A stretch of DNA of 64,000 nucleotides from Catajapyx aquilonaris (lineage: Eukaryota). The notes below the pieces were generated by a model, which did no database searches, was not told the origin of the DNA, and worked only from the letters and a program-made list of their open reading frames with translations. Position numbers and translations under genes: made by a program. Shown piece after piece: positions 37,370 to 50,000 of this stretch; the stretch's first letter is position 1; each line of letters opens with the position of its first letter. The stretch is from the NCBI GenBank assembly GCA_000934665.2, contig JYFJ02001087.1, positions 1 to 64,000 of the forward strand, read 5' to 3'.

Positions 37370-40300
37370 GAAAACACCGCACACTAACGAGAGTGGAAAT
37401 AAATAAAGATCTAAGCCACAAGAATAATCAGATTGAATTTAAATGCATTACACTCCTAAACTAGGTACTCCCTGGCAGACGAAGTGATTAGTGAAAAATC
37501 TGCTATTTAAAATATGCATTATTATGCGACTGAGTAGTATTTTTATGGGTTTAAAAAATGGATGCAGTTGGCTGGGTCGTCGGCTGCGCAGATGTGATCT
37601 GCTTGAAATACCATGTGTCCCGCTTTGGATGCATGGACAGGATTGAAGTGTTGTTCATTAGGCCTATGTTGTTTTGGTCCGGGAATTCGAGCAGTGCAGG
37701 CACAGTCTACATAGCGACACTGCCGATAAAAATTTATGGTCGCCATGAGTATTGATTTAGTTACAGCTGCACAATAAGCATAGCCTGTAAAGGTCGTATA
37801 AACCTGTTTTAAATCATCATTAGTAAACAATGTAAATGTTGTATGCAACTGTGGAGCACTATACTTGAGCAAAATGACACAAGTTTATTTTCAATAGGAA
37901 AATAATATTTCCTTTCTGAGATGGAGAGAAGGATTAAGCTAAACAAGCCATACAGTATGAGTATGCCAAACACACTGTACTGACTGCTACATTGTATCCA
38001 AAGTATGCACACTGGATTTTGTAGATGCGCCGTCCCCAAAAAATTAGTGTGTATATAAAAGTGGACCTTGCTTTACAGCACTAGGGGGTAAAATATGGAA
38101 GCGGTTTCATTCCCCGAGGACTACATGCAATGCTGAAAAATATCCGGACCTCACTGTGCCGCAATCAACTTTATAGGAATTTTGCTTTTGTAGTGCAGAA
38201 TAAAAAAAACAGCCTTTGTCAGCTTGACTATATCATATTCTTTTTTCATAAGCATGGGACAAATTGAATTATGTGCTTTATTGTGACAGTTTCGGTCAAC
38301 TTTTATTCCGGAAGAGTTATTCCTTGCAACCTGGGACATTTGACACAAACGTATCGTGAAATCCACTTAAAAAAAAACCATTTTCGATAAAATCTAAACA
38401 GAGAAGATTTCACATTGCACTTGTCATTCGCTTCAATTTGCCAGCAGCTGGCATGTACTGTTAGATATGTTCCGTAGTTCGGCTTAAAGAGTTCTGACCT
38501 GTATCACGCACATTAAGCAAGAGTTGGGGGCGTTAAAATCAGGTAATGACCTGTTGTGTTTTTGGCTTCCAAGCGGGCTCCCCGTTTTAGTATCCTGGGC
38601 TTGGAATTGATTATAGCCATCAGGGTAACTGTTTGAGTGTTCGCACGTGTGGTTAATGACTGCATTATTTGTGCCGTTTCATCAGCTCAGGTGTGTCCAA
38701 ATGGGGCTTATGCTGGGGTGATCACACATTGCAGAGGGAATTACTGGAAGAATTCTCCAGCACAGTAATCGTGATTATGGCTATGATTATTCGCATAATG
38801 TGTCACAATTTTGTTAGATTTTTTGGCACTAACTTACATGGACAGGGAAACACTCATTTATGTCATAAGTAGCCGATGAAAGAAAGGAACTGTCAACGAC
38901 TTTTTATTCATTATTAATAATGTGAAATATTAAATTCATACTGAAGAATTTTAAAGTTATCACCAAATCTTGTCGCCCCCAACGATTTGTTGCAAGATTA
39001 ATGCAGCAACTTTCAGCTTCTCACGCAAACACCTTGAGGTGCAACTTGCGTTATAAATTAGTCTCGGTTGGCCAGAATATAACGCCATTAAGACTAAAGC
39101 AATGAGCATCGGCAGCGTTTTCGTTGGTCCGCGGTCTCCAAATCACCCCCCTAGGCCCAAAATCACCCCCCTCCGACTGCGGCTGTTTTTCTTCATTAGT
39201 CTGTAAGAACTTGATCGACCTGAGTCCGAGAGAGAATAAGGCAAGAAAGAGAGGGGTGGGGAAAAAATAAAAGTAATTCGGACCAGGCTCTTAGCTTGGT
39301 CGTGAGTTGTCAGTGATAAAAGTCTGGCAGTTGCTCTTCGTCTCTTTTAACTGAAGAAAAATGTCGGCCGGAGCTTGATGGAGCCGTTCCTTATAACGAT
39401 GTGTCCTTTGTATCCAACATGGCCCGGAACGAGGTGTCCCGCTCTCCTTTGCGCCGGTTCTTATCCGATTTTCTGCCAAACCAAGTGCAGCCTGGAAATG
39501 AAAACGGAGCGACGTTATGTTCCACTGCATTGTATATACAGCAGGGTGGTCCTATGTCCAAGAGAGAGTAGATGTTATCGACTGTTTACTCCAGCAACCC
39601 GTTGGTCGTAGCAGTGTGCTGAGATTATAAGTGATTTTGATATTTTTAAAAAATATCAATAACTCTGACAGTCTCCAGTAGCAGTGATTGGCATTAACGG
39701 TGATTTTGTCTGTTACGTTAGCTTATTGTTCACTTGTGTTCAATGCAGAATAATATGGACGGAATTACAATTGGGGACAACACTTTTTTCATCGCCTTGT
39801 GCAGTTATTCCTCTTAGGCGAGATTACAACTTGGGCTAATCTCGTTAAACCAATTCTGATGGAAATATTACAACCTGAAATTGGAATCGGTCTCTGAAAT
39901 TACATTTGATTATGCAGTCACTAAACGATGGGATTTTTGCCATCTCTCCGATTCAGACTATCAAATAGTGAGAGCTTATTGGTATCCAATGCGATTAATA
40001 TCGACACGTAGTCTGAACAGCACAACTTTGGTGCTTTATATTAGGTGGGGAGGAAAATAATATGTGAAATAATGAAGACGGGGCTGATTGGTTGCTTTGG
40101 AGCCGAGGCAAAATTCCTGGAAACGAGCCAGAATAGAGCGGTCTGTGTTATTACAGCTTGGAGCAAGGCTAGAAAAAATCGAAGCTATATCGTTGAGGTT
40201 TACCATAGAGCACGTGAAAAGGCTGATTGTAATCCCGCCTCAGTAGTAAAGCTCAAGTATGGCAGGTATAAAGTTCATTTTCGAGGGAAGCAGAGAGTGG

Positions 40301-43300
40301 CTGAATGAAGATCCTTGTGTCTTCCCCACCTCCATTTTAAATAGAGGCTGCAGCAGTTCAAGGGATTAATTACGAGACTTTCTCAAGCAAAATGCATCAG
40401 GGATATGAATCGCAGTTGATGATTTATGGCCTTTCCCGCTGCGTAAGTGTAACAGGTAAATTACCGCCCTTGCGAAATAATTTATCACCAGGGGAATTTC
40501 ACAGCAGCCTTCGTAACAAGATTACATCAGTTGGCACGTAATTACGTTTCAGTTTGTACAACTCTTACGGCCTTTGTGTATTAGTTGGCTCTGAAATATA
40601 GTAGGGTGAAATTTCAGCTCAATTATACGACACTGATTTTTTCCAGCACATTTTGAGATAATTTTAGGAGAAAATTAGCAAATTCCAGAGATGACACGCC
40701 TCACATTGCACCTGCTGGCTTACACGTACTTGACCAAGATTGACTTTGCCAGAAATGAACCCTGGATTAAAGGGGAGCAAGGCTTGTTATGTCCTGCTAT
40801 CGGTTTTACTGTAGAAGTCAGCTAAAATAATGTTGCTTCAATTGAAAAAAATTATAATGAGCACAGGCTGCTGGAGTGTGCAAAATCAATCAAAAATAAA
40901 TGAGCCTTCCCTTACAATTACATTGTTAAACATTTCCAGCAACAAATATTTAAAACAATTCATGTGTATAGCCCGATGTACGTACGTACCGTATACAGTA
41001 TGTTCAGTAGTGTATAGTAAAACCATGTCCTTTTGACCTCACAAATCCTGTAGTAGCCGCCAGATATATCACTCGGCCTACCGCCTGTTAGTCGCATTTG
41101 GGTGCTCGTACAAAACCCTCTTGCGGGAATTAGGTAGATCTGTATACTCGCGTTAGTTGCTTCCCGGATAAAGGATTGTGGGGTTAAGTCCAGCCCATAA
41201 GGATGGGGCTAATGGAAAGTCTGAGGTTGAGGCAAGGTCTGCTCATCTGGCCGACATCGATTCTCTCCCAAACTCTCAGGGTGGGATGGGTGGGTGGGGT
41301 GAGCCCTGAGAACAATTACAAGGCCAGAATATCGATTTCTTCTATGTGAGGATGGTGCCCAGAGAGTCTGGACCCGCATTATTTTGTTATCGTCCTCTCC
41401 CTGTCTTGACACAGGATTTCACGCGCTCTGTCATTATGTCACCAACTGCCCGATAAGTACTTTCCAATTTGGCCCGAACGTGCCTGGACTCAACTTGATC
41501 CGGATATTTTTTTGTGCCGATTTCTCCCTCGGTGTGTGTACTGTAAATATATATAAAAAACAGGGTCAACAATGCACCTATTTCCAGGCAGGCTAAGTGC
41601 ATATTTGAATTCCGGTCACGCGCAAGAACAATAACGCGAGCGGAGGAGTGTTTCATCCCCATATATACGTTTCAGAAATCCTGAGGCCAATTTAGTCCCA
41701 TATCGAACTTTTGCAGGCGAATATTTTTTTTCCCCTCTTCCAGTTTCCTCTCTCGACGGCTCTTACTGGTCTCCGGGGCCATTCCCGAGTCCACCATCAG
41801 ATTCCAGGGGCAGTGCCGCAGACTCACTGCAAAACCGGAGGGGGATGCTGCCCAGATTGCAGCTGCGAAGCGTGATTAAAAGTGTTGCTCAGGACGCGAC
41901 CTCCCCTTCAATATCATTGGGAAGCTGCAGGATAGAGGGGTGTTTTTTTTGCACGCAAATGTGCTGGTTTTTTTGGGCCAATCCTGATTAATTAGTGCGG
42001 GCGTAGATGGATGCGGCGTGCTTACCTGCGACGCAGGGTTTGCCATATTTTAGCAAATGTCAATAATTTTAGGCTGGGATGAACCTGGTGGATTTTGCTG
42101 AGAATTCAGTGCGGGACAAATTTGTAACAGTTGCATTGTTGGTGTTTAAAAAAAAAGAATGAGTAATGCAAAAACATGTTGCAATTGATGGGCGGTGTTA
42201 TGCAATAATGTATCAACTCACAAAAATGTCAAAATTGAGTTACTCCCAGGAACACATATACCCAAAGGATAGTACTTCATTCAGTTAAAATCAAGGTGGG
42301 GAAATCTGCATACTTCTGCCATAAAAGACCGGAAATGACAATTAATTAATTTCACAGGTGCTATTTTTTCAGAGCTGTTTTCATGTGGGTTGACCCATTA
42401 TTGCATAACACAGTCCAATTATGACTGTAAAATATCGAGTTCCAGGTCTTTCATAACTGTTCATAACCTTCTCTCGTGTCCATGTGCTTTTTCATTTCAA
42501 ATATCAAGCGTTTATTGCATCCGTCGCTTTTGTGCAATTTTCATATCGAGTGTTGCTCACTAGTAGGATTTTTTGGCCGTGCCCTGTGATATTTTCACAA
42601 TTAAAATGTTTCAAAAATTTCTATCGCGGATTGGTGGATTCTATAAGGGTCCTTCACGATATGGTGACATAATGTGCGTATCAATATCAAAAGCACAGAC
42701 AATGCAAATGAACCAGAGCGGTATATGAGCGAGTGCAGTCTATGACGTTTCCGCCGCATTTCCTCTTCCCATTGTGATTGAAGTGCGTTAGGAAGCCCGC
42801 AATTTCCCGGATAATGTAGTTAAATTGTCCAGAAACTTTGGAGAGGGTGGGCGGGATTCTCCCGGAAAGACTTGACAATCTCTTCACCCGTCTTTGCTTC
42901 GCCCTTCCCCCCCACCACAAACTCCCCACCCACTCACTCAAGCTTGTGTACCAGACAACCCGAGGAGATGCCGACAAAGTTTTGCATTAAGGCAACAAGT
43001 CGACGAGAGTATGCTTTATTAGTCGCACAAAAGTGAGAAGTGGCTGTTTAACTCGCGGAATCTGTCGCCAGAGGAGGAAAAACAGTTAGTGAAAGAGGAG
43101 AAAGTTCGCCTGAGAGATAAGCCATCCACCACCTCTAATTTTGTTCACTTTTTTTTGCGAAACAACCGAGCCAAAACCCATCTGCAGTTCAGTCGATAAT
43201 GGCAGGCGCTTGCTTTGTACAGGATGAGGCAGAGCATTGAAAGCAAGCTGTTATCGGAAAGTTCGTCCTATTTACCTTGATAACATATTAACCCCCATGG

Positions 43301-46300
43301 GCATGACTGCATGTGACCTTTTAGCAGGAGGAATGTTCTTTACATTCAGGCAACACTGCTATTTCATTTTGAATTTTCTTCTTGTTTCCTCCTGTACTAC
43401 GAACAGCTCCATTTCTGGGGGGGGCCTTGCTGCAGTTTCCTTCAACTTATCACGACAGATAAGATCCTGGCCAATTTCCACGAACCTTGTCAGCTTTGCG
43501 AGCTCCCACAGTTATAATCCGAAATGAAAAATTCGCCTCCCGGATCAGAACGGAAATGGCGGTACAGTTTGCTTTGACACTTTGGTGATGGAAAAGTAGG
43601 GCGTCTCATTGGGGAAAGTTTGTCGCGAAATAATGAGAAATATGTTTCACACTTTCGTGCAAATAAGGAGCAGGATAGTGAATCTTGCTATGCCGATTCC
43701 GATTTGCAATTTCATCGTTAGTTTTAATTTGTAAAATATCAGATGAAGTTAGCCGCATATTTTAATATCTCATCATGAAAATGTGTGCCAAGGGTAATCG
43801 AGGCAGCAAGAATCTTTAAACCCAGAAAAAGTAATAAAGAATCCAGAAATACCCAGCAGCACACAAGCTATCCAACTTCAAAAGCAAAAATTTCTTTCTT
43901 TTTTCTCTCTCTCTCTCCATCCGAGCTCGTTTCTTGAGGCCTCCTCACATTTGGAAACTATTACTCATCTTCTCCTTTTCATACAACTCCACAGAAACGT
44001 CTTGCTTCCACAGAACCTGCTGACAAGAGGATCTAAATCATTAAGATAACTTACAGAGGCTCCCTCTGGACGTTCATATTTTCGTACAATTAACTACCGG
44101 TACGGAGAAAAGAACTTTCCAGAACCATTCAAGTAGGATATACTGTAAGGACGTAACTAGCTTTGAAATTGTTATACATGAAAGTTGGTGTCAAAAGTAC
44201 CCAAATTATTTACCTGATTCTGTACGCTCACAATCCTATAATATTCAGCGACGTATTTGAAGCCTGACGACTTTACGCTGCTGTACAGCATCAAAGACAC
44301 AATTGAATTTTGCGAGTTACTGACTACTGCGCTACCTCGCCTGACTTTGACAGCCTACAACGGCTACAAAATTATTCCTATATGCACGTTACTTTTATCC
44401 CGTTCCCCCCCCCCCTCGGAATTCCATAATATTTGCTACGAGCGTGTGTGTATCCATTACTCTAGTAGCAGGCAGCAAAATAATCTCACCCAACAATTTC
44501 ACGCCCCTCAAAAAAAAAAATGGCCGAAACTCACGAATGAAAATTAGCTGCAGTGAGTACAGGGTGGTCCACTTCCCGATGTCCTACTCCGCGATGTATC
44601 GATACACATCGATATTTGGTTCATATATGGAAGCAAAGTGACGTCAATGGTTGTGATTGGCCTGTGGCTGCTTCTATACTTCTCCCAGCTTCCACTCGTT
44701 TCCGGACAAACATCCGGACGTAATTTGGGGATTGAACCACCCTGTGCATCCGGATGCAGGCTAGATAATGCAATGTCGGCAGTGGCGGAAGTGAAGGATT
44801 CTATTCGAGCCAAAGCAACATCCAGGCGTGTTGGAGGTATGGGGAGGGAAAAGGGAAGGGGCCCCATGTATCATGCATGTATTCGCCCAGAATAAGCGGC
44901 GTGTTCAAGGAAAATGCAGGAGAGGCGTGCTGATGAAGGCAGTGCCTGGAATGCAACTAGAGAGCGTAAATTAGGGACGGGGCCAGCAGCCAGGAAAGGC
45001 GGAAGAGCCGGGGTATTCCCATGACCCCCTTTTGTCGGCACTGTTTCCACTTATTTCCATCAAGTGCGGCCTGGGAATATTTTTTTTTGTAAGCCTTGGA
45101 GAGGCTAAAAAATAAGGGATCCGGAGCTGAGAGTCTAGGCCACAGATAGGATCCACTTTCCGGGCACGGCCTAGGACAAAAGCTCTCGGCTGCAGGCAGG
45201 TGTCGATAAGAAGCTTGCGGATGACTGGCTTCTGGATGTTTAAAAATGTGTGAGAGGGAGAAGAGAGAGGGACCAAGTTGGAGCCCAGGAAATTGGCTTC
45301 CACTATAATACTGTACAAGGATTTATGCTGCATTGGTTGTGTAACTAGGTTTTAAATTGCGAATTTTATCTAGGATATAGAATTTTTAAATTGTATCCTA
45401 ACTAACATCTGAATTGCCTTTTTCTTTTCCCCAGGGTCTGAGCCCATATTACGTGGGTCTGGGCCCGTCTGTGAGCCAGCTGGCGGAAGCGATGCGTCGC
45501 CTGTTGGTGTTCAGCCAGTGGCACACGTTCACGGTGATCACGGACGACTCCCCGGGGATGTACGCGGTACGGCGCGAGTGGGAAGCGGCGCTGCACATAC
45601 GCGGAGAGGTCGGGGTGTGGTCTGGAGAGGACGAGGACGATGGGGACGAGGAGGACCTAACCTCTACAGGAGGGGTGGTTGGATACCCGGGTGCCTTCGG
45701 AGTCACGCTGTCCGCCACCGCAACGCTGGTTCCGACGTTTGTGACGGTGCGCGACGACGCGGACCAGCACTCGCTGTTCAGGAAGCTGAGCGACCTCAAC
45801 AAGCTGACCCAAGGCGTGATAGTGCTCCTGTGCGACCCTGGGGTTGTGGATCGGTTGTTCTCGGCAGCCAGGAAGCTGCACATGCTCTCAGGCGACTGGG
45901 TGTGGATAGTGGTGCAGCCAGTGCACACCACAAAGGCCGTGTCCTTGCCCGAGCCCCAGGAGTACCCAGTGGGGTTGCTCGCGCTCAGGGCCAGGGAGCT
46001 TGACCTGACCAAGTCCTTGGTCAAGGGGGCGGTCAGGATGATTGCAGACGCGGTCGAGGCGCCCAGGGTCAGGGACGCCCTCGTTGCCTGGGAGGAATCC
46101 TCGGGAGGAAATAAAGAAGTGGAAAAGGCCAGCTGCTGGGAGGAACCTTCCGTCATGAGGAAAGCATTCGCTGAAGCCTTCACCAGGTAGGTGCAAATAC
46201 CATCTTCCTCATGTTAGGTGCTTCTTCTGCACACTGATTTACGCCCTCGCGATTTGAGCCTCGGTCGCACGACCAGACACTTTGCCACCGACAAAAATGG

Positions 46301-46982
46301 GTTCTGTCGGAACGACTGGAGGCATATGCGACCGCAAAATCATCTCAAACAGAAACGGTCGCATGCCTCTATAGTTGTTCCGGCCGGACCTAGGGGAACC
46401 TATTTTTGTCGGTCGCAAAGCGTCTGGTCGTGCGACAAAGGCTCAAATCGTGAGCACGTAAACGTACATTAAAGTGTGCGCAAAACAAACAACAAAGAGG
46501 AGTGAACCACATGTACTAATGTGTGATATTAGCAATATTATGTAAAGCCTGGTTTAACCTGGACGGGATTTCCAGCCATGAAATTCAGGTTATTGTTCAT
46601 TATCATCGGGTTACCTCGTTTTAATTAAGGCATGGGATTAGGCCGTTGGCCATCAGACAGGAGCTGGAGAAGATCTGGGGCGGTTGTTTCCATTATATTG
46701 GACCTGAATTGAACTGACAAGTGAGTTGAATCGGGGTTTTGAGGCACAAAGGCAACAAAAGCCACGCTACGCCAGACAATAGGAGGTCCTATATGACTCC
46801 CAGGATTTTTTTTATTGCTCTAGTTTTTTTCATCCTGATATTTCTCTGAGTTGTGGTGCTCAACTGTAAGTCCAGCAATGTGATATTGGACTGTTGCCAC
46901 GGGCACGAAATTTTTTATTGCGTAATAAACTAATATTACGAAATTGCAAGCGAAATAATTGTTATATTATTATCTTGGTAAA

Positions 46983-47053
<71 letters not shown>

Positions 47054-50000
47054 ATTGGAAACCGACGTGCCTCGCTAAACTGATCTGTGGTGTTGCATTC
47101 CTTTCTCATATGACAATTGAAGCTGAATCTGGATGAATGTAACTGTATCGAATCAACCAGCATGGCGGCCTCCTGAATGTTCCAGTTGACCTCATTAGTG
47201 TGTCTGGGGGCAATTGTCACATGTCATTACAGCTCCACTTGTTCTACTCGCATTTCAGCAAGCAGTAAATATGGACGCGACCATTTTCTCCCGTTTCTCT
47301 TGGCTTCATATTGAATCCGCGGTGCACACTTATGCGTATTGACATTATGTTATTGATGTGTTCAGTTTCTGTGTGTTTCTCCTGCTCTGCACTGTACGTA
47401 TATGGTGCATTATATATAATCATGTAGCTTATTGTTTCTGCACAATAGCGGGTTAAACAAATATTTGGGAAGCTGATTAAGAATTCAGAGAGTAATGTTC
47501 GGGGCCGCCACATTTGACGCTTGCAAGTGAAATAACCATGCGGAGTAACCAAATTAATTTTGGAATCGTGTGCAGTGAAATCGGAGAGATGCTGATTCAG
47601 GTTTTACGAGTTCGGATCCTCTGTGGACTTAATTCTTCGCTATGTCACGTTACAGTACATACGTCATGGCACATTACACCAAGCTGCTTCCTATTAAACA
47701 GTGTTCTTGTTGCACAGAAAAATGATTAAGAAATATCTTAGCTCTATGTCAAAAATTGTCTTTTACAGTTTCTATTTAGTTAATGTTAAGCTAACTCTTG
47801 AGATTAACTGATTTAAAATAAGCAGCTTATTGAAAGTTTGTTGAATCGAAACTGACATAAGTCACTTAGGTGGAATATCCTTAACGCGAGTTTCATCAAT
47901 GCCTTTAATAATAAACGTGGTTGGTGTATACCCTCCCCTTGGTGGTGTATATACAGGTCCTTGGTAAAACTTTGTCCTAAAGCGATAACGATCTCGTTAG
48001 CAGCATCAAGGGAGGAAGAATGCATCGGAGAGGACGCAAACTGGGTGACACCACATGGTTTCCAGCCAAAACTTTTGTTCACTTTCAGCATCGCGTCGTA
48101 CATAAAAGGCGGACGCAATCAATACAAAACCATCAAGTGACATCTGCTACATGCTGCGCGTTTCCGAATTTCGAGCACGATAACTGAACTTTGCCCAAGT
48201 TTTTTTTTCCCCTTCCCCCTAAAAATTCCTAATATTTTCTGTATATGTTCAGGCAACTTGACACAAGACCTGCTGCGTTAAAAAAAAGAAGTGAAAATTC
48301 CCCCGTTGAGTTCCAGGCAACGTACAGAAACCTGTCCGTCGTTGGTTCCCTGCTGGCAATTATGCAACAGACCAAAGACCATGCCGGTTGGCGGTCCTAC
48401 CGCAACTGTTGTATTAGTAATGAGGTTGGCATTACACCTTCCTCTCAATTGAGATTCTCTTTGCCCTTGCCACTCTGCCATACCCCTTAATGGACCTCAT
48501 GCTATACCCTATACTACGCCTAACACGGTTGTTGACCCGAACGTATTCTTATTCCCACATAATTATCCTCAGATCAAATAATATGGAGAAAATATTTCTT
48601 TAGCATAATTTCAGAACAATCCAATTAATACTGAGGTATCAAGATTCCTTGAATGGCTTTGCTCTTCCTGAAGTGTCCAGCTTTCCTTCAGTCCAGCGGT
48701 CGAGTGTTGGAAACCGCGTCGGACGGATAATTGAAAGCCGTCGCATTATCTTGCAAGGAGGCTGTGGGGAGTCGGCTAGTCCATGTCAAGCATGTCTCTG
48801 TGACCCACTTGACCAGTCGCGACTAAGGCCAGGCATTAGAAGGGGAAGCCGGATCCTGTAATCCCCATAGGACCTCAACTGAGATTGGAAGCGACCCAAC
48901 CGAAACACCCATTCCACTATTGGCCCAACAAACCACCAATTTTCTTCCAGCTGTATACTGCACATTGCACACAAAAACAGCAAAAAAGCATTAGAGCATG
49001 CAGTATATATATCACTCGAATTTTCCTTCCTCTCATCACCATCAAGCCCGCTTGTAAACACTGCAGACAAAAATCATCAGCTGCATGAATAATGTCTGCC
49101 AACATCAGGCGATAAAGCAAGCTACCAAAAAAAACTGTAGGCCCCTCCAGTTACTTGTTATTTTTTCCCCCCCCCGGTGGTCTGGGCTCTTACAATTCGG
49201 GGCTGTTCTTGCGGATGATAAAGTACAAAGAGCACAATGATGCTGTACAAAAGTAATTCCGACCCCTCCCAGAGAGAATGGGTGGTTGGGTGGGTTCTAG
49301 GATATAGAGCCAGAATTTTTATATGGTGGAAAGGGCACACATAAAAGCCCGACTTCCAAATGCGCTGCAGCTGGAATTGAGCTCTCCATGACAGTTCTTG
49401 CAGCTTGGAAATCAATCAACTCTAATGTGGTCTTTAGCTGGCTTTCCGCAAAAAAAAAATTGAATAAATGGTAATTGAACATTCAGCCTGTTTTGCACTC
49501 TCTTTTTTTTGCTCTCTTAGAGCAGGCTTTTAGTGAGAAATGTATGCAGCTCTTTGAAGCAGAATCAATCTGAGCTTAGGTGCAAATTTGGTTGTTTCAA
49601 GTTCTGATAATGCAAAAAAAGATTAATATTTTTGATATATGGTCAACAATTTAAATGTTTGCATAAAAATGAATTTGTGGAGATAGTCATTTTTGCTGCT
49701 TAATCCTTCAAATGTCGGGTGAACCATATGAGCCTGCCAATCCCTCGCTTTGACTGATAAAGCATATTCACTCCTTTTTACTGACTATAGTGACTAGTGT
49801 TGTTTATAGTCCCATGACCTGTCGGACGCTTTTTGTGTTCAATGTTGAAAGCTGCTGTTTGATGCCAACATGATGCAGTCACGAGCTTTACAATTCTGAA
49901 GGGACTTTTTATTCTGGTCGGTATAACATTACAAACGGGTATAAAACGTGAAAAGCATGCATTGATTTTTTTTTCTTCTTCTTCTACTCTTGCCTTAACA

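Noticed and set aside
29300..44200. Many TAATT/GGATTA homeodomain-like motifs in the large intron
   Set aside because: Short AT-rich motifs; enrichment cannot be established without a background model or conservation data.
45449..46183. 244-aa minus-strand ORF and other alternative-frame ORFs over coding exon 3
   Set aside because: Shadow ORFs of a GC-rich coding exon; limits coincide with the exon and the translation has no recognisable protein features.
46894..47136. Poly-Leu membrane-protein-like ORF
   Set aside because: It is the translation of the (TTA)23 microsatellite.
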